From the NCBI GenBank assembly GCA_018398765.1, contig JAHBMJ010000450.1:1-47567 (forward strand): 47,567 bases of DNA, read 5' to 3'. The DNA is from Chromera velia (lineage: Eukaryota). This document shows positions 24,501-35,276 of the stretch, in pieces; the first letter of the stretch is position 1, and every line of letters starts with the position of its first letter. The notes under the pieces were generated by a model. That model was not told the DNA's origin. It saw nothing but the letters and a program-made list of their open reading frames with translations, and made no database searches. A program made the translations under genes and the position numbers.

Positions 24501-25360
24501 TACCCCCAGGGTGGTGGTTAGGAAGCCATTTTTGAAATGGGAAGATGCCGGTGAGCCGAAAGCCTACCGGAGAAGTTTCCGGTAGGCGCCGTAGGCGCCG
24601 CCAAGAAACTGCTGGTAGGCACCGAAGGCACTGCCCAGACACTGCTGATAGGCGCCAAAGCGCTGCCTGCATGGACCTTGCCGATGGGCGCCGAAGGCCG
24701 GTGCCACTTGCATAGACCTTATCGGAGGCATAACGTGACATGTGTATGGACGCATGCGTACATGTACATCGTTCATTGATTATCGGTGTTTATGCATAAG
24801 TACCAATAAGTCCAGTCTCTTATGTTTTTCAATGTCTTCTCATGTTTTTTCCATCAACTTGGCAGTCTGCACCAAAGGCTCCGGAGCCGAGACCAGAGCC
24901 AAAATAAAGATAGTGTTCTACCCAGCCTTTCTTTGCAACTTGTAGAGGGAGGGACTAAGCCATCTCCTTCTGTTAGAATCTGTCTCTGTCCATGCCTGCT
25001 AGCGTAAGGGAAACGTGGCCAGATGTAGTAAGATGTTTCAATGGAGGATAAATAACTTCAAATTTCTTTTTTAGAAAAAATTCTAAAAAAAGATACTTTA
25101 AAATGATTTTAATATATCATTTTATAATATAATATTTAGTTACTACTACTCTACTAGAACCATATCATTATTTTTATAAACTTCTTTTTCACTGCATATA
25201 TGTATAATAATATAAATACTTATAAATATTATTTTTTGGGGAAAATTCGGTATGAAGCGGTTTTTGAGTGGGAAACTGCCGGTGGTTTGTTTTTTTCGTG
25301 GGAAAAGGCCGGTAAGTAGTATAAAAGAGCCTACAAAATCTGACTAACACCCGGGGGGTA
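24501..25360. mobile_element. Non-autonomous hAT-type DNA transposon (860 bp)
   Basis: Termini TACCCCCAGGGTG...CACCCGGGGGGTA. Perfect 8-bp TSD CTTCTAAT (24493-24500, 25361-25368). Subterminal TAGGCGCCG repeats at 24580-24705. Confidence 0.88.
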
Positions 25361-25795
25361 CTTCTAATACTATTTAATACTATTAATCGAGTTAGTTCAC
25401 TAAAAAGTACTCGAAAGTGAATTTGATAGCAGAAACCATGACATATGTGTCCATCTTTAAATATGAACTAGACTTTAATTCACTATGAAGAGCTCAAGAC
25501 TACACATCATTACTCATAATATAAAATCTTTCCATAATTTTCTTTACTAGTTCAAGCCCGCACAAGTATGATGGAGTACGATAGAGTACAGGTTTAGGCC
25601 GCTTAGTAAGCCGCTTTAATAATCAAACGATACTAAATGGTCCAAAGTAGTCCGGAGCCAACGCCTTCATGCAGCAGCGTCAGTATGATTCGGACTGTAT
25701 AACGTATTAAAACTGTTTGCTAGAATCGTTACCGATCGTTACTTTCCACGGCTTTTACTAGCTATCACTATTCAACAAAAAGACAATAAAACTAT

Positions 25796-26319
25796 TGCTA
25801 TGAGATAAGATCATGCATGAATCGAGCGTGGAATCTTAATCTTAGAAAGGGGCGAATGCTATGCGCTACTTAAGCACAGCTAGAAAGAAAATAGAAATTA
25901 AATGAATTGATTGTGATTTAAAGTAACACTGAGCAAAAGAGAATTGTGCGCATCACTCGCCTTCATGACCTAATGGTTAGCATATAACACTAACAAGCAA
26001 GAGGTTATAAGTTCAAGCCTCGCTACCTCCTTTTTAAGAATCAAAGAAAGAAGATGCAGGACGTTAACGTCTTGTATCATACAGATGTTGGCGTGTTACA
26101 CTTCGATCCAAATCATATGAAAAACTTCCGAAAGACTTTCTGGAAGACTACAATGAAATCAGATCGATCACCGAATCACAAGAAAGCTCCATGCTCCTGA
26201 CATTGATCGAGTCTGTCACTAGGGATCGATCTGAACCACTCCGGCAACATCAAGCCCTGAAGACCCTTGAACCTCTGCAAGCACTCACCAGCGCCAACCC
26301 CTCTAAGTAGACCTTAACA
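25796..26319 (+). repeat. 5' LTR (524 bp)
   Basis: Colinear and ~95% identical to 33306-33757 plus 35285-35356. Confidence 0.95.
25959..26035 (+). ncRNA. tRNA-derived Pol III unit inside the 5' LTR (not a functional tRNA)
   Basis: A box TGACCTAATGG starts at position 8, CT-AAC-AA loop at 32-38, B box GTTCAAGC at 53, TTTTT right after position 72. Acceptor and anticodon stems do not pair. Confidence 0.72.
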
Positions 26320-26714
26320 CGTGGTGATGCCTAGCTCGAGATCAACAAGATCAAAGAGCTGAGCGAACGGAGACCAACCTTCTCTGCTGAACAACAACTA
26401 TTCTACAAGCAATGCAGACCACCTTCTTCATCCAGAGAAGGTTCACCCAGAGGAAACCAGAACGCTATGATCCTCTACATGTATACTACAGAAGCCCACA
26501 CCTGCGAGCCATCAACTCAAACCTCAACTTGTACGCCCTTAACTTGGCTGTCCCTTTGGTGTCCTATACCTGTAAGGAGAAGAAGCAGGACCACATCGCA
26601 AAGCGCTACTAAAATTTCTGACAGAACCCCACTTTCTGTCCTCTGCCATAAATCGACATCAGACAGGACCATACCGTGAAGCGCTGCTAAAATTTCTGAC
26701 TGTACCACCTTTTC

Positions 26715-27160
26715 CTGCCCTTTTTACAAATCTCATGCATTCTACCTAACAGTGAATTTGACTTCTCTTCGTTTCTCTGTGAACGGCGAAGCCCTGCTCT
26801 TTTTGTGAATTTTACGCATTCTACCTGATAGTGAATTTGACTTCTCCTCGTTTCTCTGTGAACAGCGAAGCTCTGCCCTTTTTGCGAATTTCACGCATTC
26901 TACCTGACAGTGAATTTGACTTCTCCTCATTTCTCTATAAATGGTGAAGCCCTGCTCTTTTTGCGAATTTCACGCATTCTACCTGACAGTGAATTTAACT
27001 TCTCTTCGTTTCTCTGTGAACGGCGAAGCCCTGCCCTTTTTGCGAATTTTACGCATTCTACCTAACAGTGAATTTGACCTCTCTTCGTTTCTCTATGAAC
27101 GGCAAAGCCCTGCCCTTTTTATGAATTTCACGCATTCTATTTGACAGTAAATTTGACTTA
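26715..27160 (+). repeat. 79-bp tandem repeat, ~5.5 copies, in the retroelement leader
   Basis: GCATTCTA starts at 26737, 26816, 26895, 26974, 27053 and 27132. Confidence 0.95.
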
Positions 27161-28210
27161 TCTTTATCCTTCTGCGAAAGGCAAAACACATTACGAACTA
27201 ACATTACGAAGCGTTCGTGCGTTTTGTGACTTGGACTTTCCCGTTAAGCAAAAAGAAAATTCGACTACTTCCATCCCTGTGTGATTTACTTTTTTCGCTT
27301 GCCGTCTTTATATATACAAGCAGTCTACCTGCACATACAAGACAAATACAAGTAACTCTTTCTTCATTCGAATTTGGATTGCTTCTCTTTCTTTCCTTTT
27401 GCGAAGGAGATCTTTCTGCAAATCAGGCTATCTTTCCTCTCAGCAAGTTCAGAATTTCACTCTGCTGCACAAATCTTTCCTTCACAGCTAAACAAACCCT
27501 TTTGTTTTTCTTTGAATTCAGATTCTCTCTTCTCTTTTTGCTCTTCAACGGAACTCTACCTCTCTCACTTCATCAAGTTATTTTTTCTCTCTGTAAGTTT
27601 ATAATTTTCAACTTCCTTTACTTATATCAGCAGCGAACAGAAATCAGCAGCGAAACAGAAAACTCTATCTAACCGAAATACAAAAATAATCCCCTAAACG
27701 CATCTGACGCGAAAAAGAACGACTAACCAGGCAAACCCCGAAGAAATCACAACCAGAACGAGAAAGATCCTTTGAGCAATTTTGCCTGGAGAACTTCTAG
27801 AATTGTACACAAAAGAAAGGGAAGAATGGGCGAGACTCATCGTGAACGAAATTTTGTAGAGGTCCACAGAATTCATTGAGGACCAGCAAAATCTGAGAAT
27901 CTTCCTTTTAGATCAGTATTCATACACAGTCGTCGCTCATAATCGCCAGTCAGATGAAGTCATCAAAGCACTGAATCTTGACGTCACACGTTAGCTGAGA
28001 TTTATCAACAGTAACCGCCAACTTCTCCCTATATATATTCCTTCCCTCGCTCGCTACATTTGGGTAGACTGAAGGCTTTTCTGTCAAAAAAAAAAAAGGG
28101 AAAGAGAACCAAATATGACTCCAAAGCCTCAGGCCAAGAAAAAACTGACAGCCTGACAAAAAGCACTAGAAAAGAACAAGAAGAAAAACAACGCTAACAA
28201 ATTCCTTGAA

Positions 28211-29601
28211 ATGGACGAGTCTCTTCAGCATATGGAAAAATCTAAGCAAGTAATTAAGGAGCCATTGAAAAAGAAGGAAAAGGGCAAATCTTCTAATAAT
28301 AAAAATCGGAACAACAAAAAAAAGGAAACGGAAAAGGAGGTAGAGAGCCAAGACGAACAAATGGAAAAAAACGAAATACAAGAGAATGAGAAAGGGAAAG
28401 AAAGCAATAAGAAAAAAAAAAATAGAGAAGAGAGTGAAGGAGAATCAGATGAAGAAATGACAGATCAACAGACCAATAAAGCGCAGAAGAAGTCGTCAGC
28501 CAATTCCATGCAAGTACAGAAATGAGATTCGTCTGACAGTGTCCTGAAGGCATTAGCAAAAGAAGGAGTCACATTCAAACCAACAAAAGAAGGAGAATTT
28601 GAATTGATGTTTAACACAGACAAACTACATGTAAAGGAAACGACAGCAGACAGCTCAGCTTTGGTACCCTCACACCTTCCCTCTTTCATACAAAGAGCTG
28701 CTCTGCTACCGACTCCTCCACTGCTACCAACCCCAAACCACTTGTTCAACCCCCCAATTAAAGCAAACATCAATGCATATTCAGGAGAAAGAAAGGACAC
28801 ACGGAATTTTTGGAGAGCTTTCGATATGGACGCTACTGCCTTTCAATGGAATATCACCCAAATCCTGTTCTATTTCCGAAAATCACTGAAAGGAAATGCA
28901 CTCGACTGGTTTACAGACATATTCGACGAAAAAATGAGCAAAATTCAAACCATCACTGACCTGAAAAACACATTCTTCTCGAAGTTTGGACTCAAAAAAC
29001 CGCACGTAGAGAGAGTAGAGGCCAGCTCAGACAACTTGCAGCAAAGAGAAGAAGAAACAATCCAAGAGTATGCAGACAGGTACACTTTCCTTTGTCGACA
29101 AGCAAATTCGTCAATCGAGGATGAAAGACCGATGAAAAAATTTTGGAGAGGACTGTTCGATAAAATTGTAAAGTCGATTCTCACACAAAAGCAATACACC
29201 TCATTCGACGAATTAGTGGGGGCAGCAGAACTGATTTCACATAACTGTTACAGTGGAGCAACTGAGAGATCCAAAAAGTTTTTAGCAGTCGAAGAAACAA
29301 ATGGCGAAATGATAAAAGGAGACAGACTCACCGAGAGCCAGAAGGAAGAGCCCGCACCCTTTACAGAACGACGCATCTCCTTGTAGATCAACACGGTCCT
29401 GCAGCAGTGTTCGCACAAGCAACTTGTAAAAGATGCGGAGGCTTGACCCCTCACATAAGTGACCAGTGCCCTTTGCCACCAGACTGCGAATGCGCATATT
29501 GTGGCAACAAACGACATGAAAGACCAGCATGTAGAAGACTAAAAAAGGACTTGAAAGTAAATCGATTTACGCTTTTCAGTCTCAGAAAAAACAGACCTTA
29601 A
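28211..29601 (+). pseudogene. gag: Ty3/gypsy gag: K/E-rich N-terminus, capsid domain and two zinc knuckles
   Basis: YSGE...LKGNALDWF...LKNTFFSKF...LQQREEETIQEYADRY...FWRGL, then CKRCGGLTPHISDQC and CAYCGNKRHERPAC. In-frame TGA at 28523 and a frameshift near 29390. Confidence 0.88.
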
Positions 29602-29779
29602 CATGAAAAAAAAAATGTACAGAAGGAAGGCCGAAAAGAGCAAGGAACACTGAAGACCACGGAGAGAAACAGAAAAAGGGGAGAGAAGAAAGGGAGAGAA
29701 AAGGAAGAAAAACAATAAGAAAGACTAAACGAAAGCAGTCATACACATCCATTTGAACTGACAAAGAGTAGAACTCTTT

Positions 29780-29850
29780 GTCTCTTCGGTTACAGTATGG
29801 TCACACCTGCAATGATAGACAGCAGACGTGCGGTGAATCATGGTACACGA
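29780..29850 (+). pseudogene. Possible aspartic protease remnant
   Basis: PAMIDSRRAVNH follows the zinc knuckles. DSR is one G>A change from the catalytic DSG. Confidence 0.4.
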
Positions 29851-30139
29851 ACACGTCTAGTAGCAGCTGACAACAGGAAACCCGTCCTTGAAGGCGATTC
29901 CTTCACCTCTCTGAATCAAAGGCGAGGAGGGAAACAAACTTGAGAACGAAAGACTCGTTTCTTTTTTTTGAACGAAAGACTCGTTTCTTTTTTTGTTTGA
30001 TTTACAGAGAATCAGGAAAAGTGAATTTTATATCTCTTTTTCGATGAGACGCGACTTAAAGTTTTTGTTTGACTTGCATACGCTTGAAATGTACACATTC
30101 TTCAAGACTAGACAGACTTGTGAAAAGAAAAAAAAAATC

Positions 30140-30300
30140 TGTTCACAAAGTGAGAGAAGTGGTCAAAAAAAAAAAAGAGAGAGAGAGAGAGAGACAGAAG
30201 GTGCAATACTCCCTCACTTATGAAAGATCCCTAAACGAATTGTGGTTGATCAAAGTTGAAGACTACGACTGCCCTACATTCATTCGATAATTTGAGGCAG
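30140..30300 (+). pseudogene. Chromodomain remnant
   Basis: KVREVVKKK...QKVQYSLTYERSLNELWLIKVEDYDCPTFIR*FE resembles chromodomain VEKIL..R...KVEYLVKW...TWEPEENLDCPELI.EFE. Confidence 0.55.
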
Positions 30301-33300
30301 ATCAAAGTATGAAAAAGGGAGCCGCTATTCTTAAAGAGCAAGAAAGGAAACTCAGCAGTCAAAGAAAGAAAACAGATTAAAAAGAGAAAATCACGGCGCA
30401 GGAAGGGGAAGACGAAACAAAAGCAACACACTGTGACACAAAAGAGAGACTAGCAGAGCCGAGTTCAACGCTGGCACTGCATCCAAAACATACAAGGAAC
30501 AGAATGGGGAACACCCACCTCAGAAGGAGCTGGCAGCCCCAATCATAGGAGGCCAGTTCATGTTGACCAAGGCGGTGTGCTTCCAGTACTCTCACTTCCG
30601 GGGTTGCCGTGGGGAAGGCAGACGTAAACAGGAACTGAAGAGCTTGGAACTGAAAACCTGTAGACATGGAGAGATGAAATCGTCATCGACTACGTTCTCA
30701 ACGACAATCACATCGACAGTGGGAGATCAAGAGTCAGAGTGAGCACCGTCAACAACCAGAAATGGAAAACGTGCAGGCACTGGAGGTGCACAAAAGTCAT
30801 GCATAAGTCAAAAACCACCCAAACAGAGAGAAAAGATAGACAAGATAAACACTTACAAACGAATGATCAAATGAATAAAGAATGGACGGGTACATACATG
30901 TACATACCTGATTGATTCGGATCAGAATAACCAACTAAACTAAATAAAGGGCATGAAAGATGCGAGGCAAGATAAGTGTGTTGACAAAAAGACCAACTGA
31001 ATGACCCCCTAAGAACTGAAAAGGGATGAATAGAAACAAAACACCCATATACACATACTCACACATCTTTATCCTCATTCATCCACTCACCCGCACCTAC
31101 ATACACACGAACCCTCCCTGGAGCAACACCGCATACCGATCGGTGACTGATGAATAAAAGCAGATAACATAGACCTGCCGGGCGCACATAACCCACAGCC
31201 TCTGACCCTGACGCCTTCGTGGCGAGAAGACGCATGCGCATGCGCATATAAGGTCCCCCAGGGGGTAAGTTGGCCACTTACACCACCAGGACCTCCCAGG
31301 GAGAGGTAAGGTCACCCACTTAATCGCTCCTACTGGGCCTCTGTTCCCTAGTACATCATCATCGACCTATACACACACACATACACATACACACATACCC
31401 CACACACACAAACACTAAACCGAGCTTCGCGCCCAAGCTTATTCAAAAAAAAAAAACCGCCCAAGAAGTAAAACCTAGTGTTGGGCCTCCGACCCCAACA
31501 GTAATCTGAAGATGAGCCCGATGAGAAGAGGTGACTACACTCATTTTCAACTAAAAGTTAGAGAGGAAAAAGCATGAAAGGAAGCTAAATACCATACTAA
31601 AGAAGAGAAGCAAGTCAACAAACAGCAAAAGGTTCCTTACGAAATCACCCGCTCACATATGCACACTGAAATAGATATCTTTCAGAGCAGATGGGATGGA
31701 GGGGGGAGCCAGACAAACGAAATAAGACGACTGGCAGGCAAATGAAATCATAGGAGAAAATCAATTCAGCGAAATTGAACGAAATAGTGAATGGTGCAGA
31801 GACAAGTAAATCAAAGCCAGACAGCAAGAACACGGGAAGACAGTCTGTCAAGAAAGCACAAAGCCGACAAGCTCTTCCAAACAAAATAGAGGCAGAGAAG
31901 TGCAAAACGCGAACTCGCAGCAAACTTGACATCGAACAGCTGAGTCACTACCTTGCATAAATGGACTGACTCCTTTCCTCAAGCCGCTCTCTGTCGTGTG
32001 CCAAAGATCCCCCTACAGGAGGAAAGACGAGATAAAGAAGAAGGTCGTTGACGAGAGCCACAAGGAGGCAACATCGAGACAAAAAGGAGCACGAAGAACG
32101 CCACCGCCCCGCGCGCAAGGGCATGAGTAGACGACCAAGACCGAAAAGATGGAGATAAACGAGATGAACACCACCTAAGAGATCAAAGCGATGATTTAGA
32201 AGTATGCAGCAGTGATGAAAAGTCGCCGGGAGGAAGAGGAGGACAAGGAAGTGGACAAAACCGATATCGAAGCGGACGAGGCTCATGGAGACGGAAAGAG
32301 ACATCGGGTTCCAGAGGGGCAAGGACAACAAGGACAGGGGCAACATGGACGTAGGCATCGTGATCCTTGCCGTGGATGTAGGCATAGTGATCTTTGCATC
32401 AGAACACGAATGCGGAGAAGGACAAGACGGAGGTGAGGTGGATGTGGCGATGTAGAAGAGGTTGGAGATGGAGGAGGATCGCCTTGCATCTGAACATAAA
32501 CACGGAGAAGGACGAGATGGAGGCAAGGTGGATGTGGCGATGTAGAAGAGGTTGGAGAACAAGGACATGGAGAGCATCTGCAAGCACAGGGACAAGAGAG
32601 ACTGACATGAACAACATGAAGCACAAAATCAATATGAAGCTCTTGAAGGACGAGAACAAAGAGGCCACAGAGCACTCGCTCTGACCGGGAAGATGAGGGC
32701 CTCGAGAGACAGTGGCCAGCCAGAGAGTCGCTACGAAAGTGAGGTCGAGGTTCCAAGCAGGGACCAGACGAAACGATTGCAGAATAGGAACAAAGTCGTA
32801 AAGGAGACGGAAGAACAACACCGCTTTGAACTAAGGGGGACTTATGGAGAAGAGAGAACTGACGCTCCAAGGGAGAGTCGCCAGGGATGCGTCAAGAGTG
32901 ATAAAGATGTTGCGGTTGAATCGGAGCATCGAAGGAGGGATCGATCGTGCCATGTACGTGCTTCACGGAAATTTTTTCATCGAAATGTTCTGATCGAAAA
33001 TGAGAAACACGCCTCGGCCAAAAAATACGTGTTGCATCGTATGTGTTGCATTGCATGACATGTTGCACTCATGCACAGCTATATGGGCCCATTTGCATGA
33101 AAGACCCCGGCGCTTTCCGCAGGGGCCATCCGATTTTGCGCGCGCGAACTGAAGGACGTGCTGGCATGCCGGGCCTTTTTGACAACCCCGCGGCGCCCGC
33201 GCGCCGCGCACGCGAGATCTCGAGGGGCCGTCAGTACGCCAGAAAACCATATGCAAAGGCACGGATAGGCACGGAAAGGCACAAAAAAATATAGAAAGGG

Positions 33301-33468
33301 GCGAATGCTATGAGATAAGATCATGCATGAATCGAGCATAGAATCTCGATCTTAGAAAGGGGCGAATGCTATACGCTACTTAAGCACAGCTAGAAAAAAA
33401 ATAGAAATTAAATGAATTGATTGTGGTTTAAAGTAACACTGAGCAAAAGAGAATCGTGCGCATCACTC

Positions 33469-33545
33469 ACCTTCATGACCTAATGGTTAGCATATAACAC
33501 TAATAAGCAAGAGGTCATAAGTTCAAGCCTCGCTACCTCCTTTTT
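33469..33545 (+). ncRNA. tRNA-derived Pol III unit inside the 3' LTR
   Basis: Second copy with the same A box, B box and T5. The loop reads CTAATAA. Confidence 0.7.
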
Positions 33546-33757
33546 AAGAATCAAAGAAAGAAGATGCAGGACGTTAACGTCTTGTATCATATAGATATTG
33601 ACGTGTCACACTTCGATCGAAATCATATGAAAGACTTCCGAAAGACTTTCTGGAAGACTACAATGAAATCAAATCGATCACCGAATCACAAGAAAGCCCC
33701 ATGCTCCTGACATTGATCGAGTCTGTCACTAAGGATCGACCTGAACCACTCTGGCGA

Positions 33758-34616
33758 TATACAGTACGGTTAGGAGTTACTACCGGGCCCCTTGGGGAGG
33801 CGGCGAGTTACCGTCACTTTGGTAACCATGGGGCGGTGACTTAGAGGCCCAAGGGCCCCTACCACTACCATGGCAGTTCGGGCCAAGACCCCGGCAAAGG
33901 ATACAAAAAAAGCGCGACGCATGGATTGAAAAAAAATCCGTCTCCTTCAAATCCGTTTCAACTTTCGAAAATCAATTTTTAAACGAAGGTCAACCTTACT
34001 TGTGGTCAAAATTATGGAATCGTTTCTCTTCTGTCCCCTGTCAGAGCAGACGGACAATTGACGAAGGCTGTAGTTCGGCAGTGATCAGTGCTTTCTCACT
34101 GTAGGAGTGGTGGTGGTGGAGCTGCAGGAGGCTCCCGAGGAGGGAGGGGGGGCGCTGGAGCTGCAGGGGTCTCCCAAGGAGGGAGGGGGGGTGGTGGAGC
34201 TACAGGGGTCTCCCGAGGAGGGAGAGGAGGTAGTGGGGCTGCAGGGGTCTCCCGAGGAGGGAGGGGGGGCGTTTGAGCTGCAGGGGCGCTTGAGGCGAAG
34301 TGGGTTGTTCTCTTTCTCTCTCTCTCTCTCACACACACACACATATACACACACATGGTGACACACACACATACACACATACACACACACACACACACAC
34401 ATACACACATAAACACACGAAAAGAGACTCTCTCAGCTTCGTTAGTCTCCATCTCTATTCCTCTTGCTCAAGCTGACTGGAAGGGAGCCTTCCGTCTACA
34501 CGTCCAGGCCTCATTCTCCCTTGCTCACATCTTGATTTTGTCTTTGTTTGTGTATGTCTGTGAGGGCCGGGTTGACGACCATCCTCGCTCTCTGTCACTC
34601 ATACACACACACGCAT

Positions 34617-34657
<41 letters not shown>

Positions 34658-35276
34658 TACACACGAAGAGAGACAATCTTTTTTCTTTTGTTCCTCTCTT
34701 CGTTCTTCTTTTTTTTGTTCTGTGTTTCCCTCCCGGCTGGAAGAGGCAAACCATGCGTTCATTTAGGGTTGACCGGCGGAAGTCTGGGTGGGGAGGTAGC
34801 GATACACCTCCCCCCTAGTCACCCCCCTAGGTCGTATTTTCGTTGGAGTCCGCTGGATCAATCAATCAGTACGTCACTGGCAGGCCTCACTAAGTGAGCT
34901 CGCATTCATGATATGTTTCATCGCACAGTTGAATAATTGGCAAAGTATTACAGCATCATAATTATAACATAATATCATCATTTATAGTGATAGAGTAATA
35001 TCTCTGATATTATAATTATTATCTCAGATCTAAGAGTTTAGCAAGATTGATAGAACAATGGTGTTTACTCTGTAGCCTTTGTTGATTGTAGATTTGATGG
35101 TAAAACCAGATAAAACAGGTTTAAAGATCACTAGTATTAGGAAAAATATGTAATACTACTACTACCATGGTCATGGGACTAAAAACTACTACCGTAACCG
35201 TGAAATTGGTAACCCGGGCAGCCTAGCGGCCATCCGGTAACCATCCTACTATCGTTACTCCTAACCGTACTGTGTA
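33758..35276. mobile_element. Non-autonomous hAT-type DNA transposon (1519 bp) nested in the 3' LTR, carrying gene-like cargo
   Basis: TIR TA(T/C)ACAGTACGGTTAGGAGT. 8-bp TSD TCTGGCGA/TCCGGCGA, which is single-copy in the 5' LTR. Confidence 0.93.
34110..34290. repeat. 39-bp GC-rich tandem repeat (~4.5 copies) with 13-aa periodic coding potential
   Basis: GGAGCTGCAGGGGTCTCCCGAGGAGGGAGGGGGGG units. Minus strand reads PPLPPRETPAAP repeats. Confidence 0.85.

Noticed and set aside
25959..26030. Functional tRNA-Val(AAC) gene
   Set aside because: Acceptor, D and anticodon stems do not pair, and the anticodon differs between the two LTR copies.
26715..27160. CRISPR-like array
   Set aside because: Units repeat over their full length with no unique spacers, the context is eukaryotic, and there are no cas genes.
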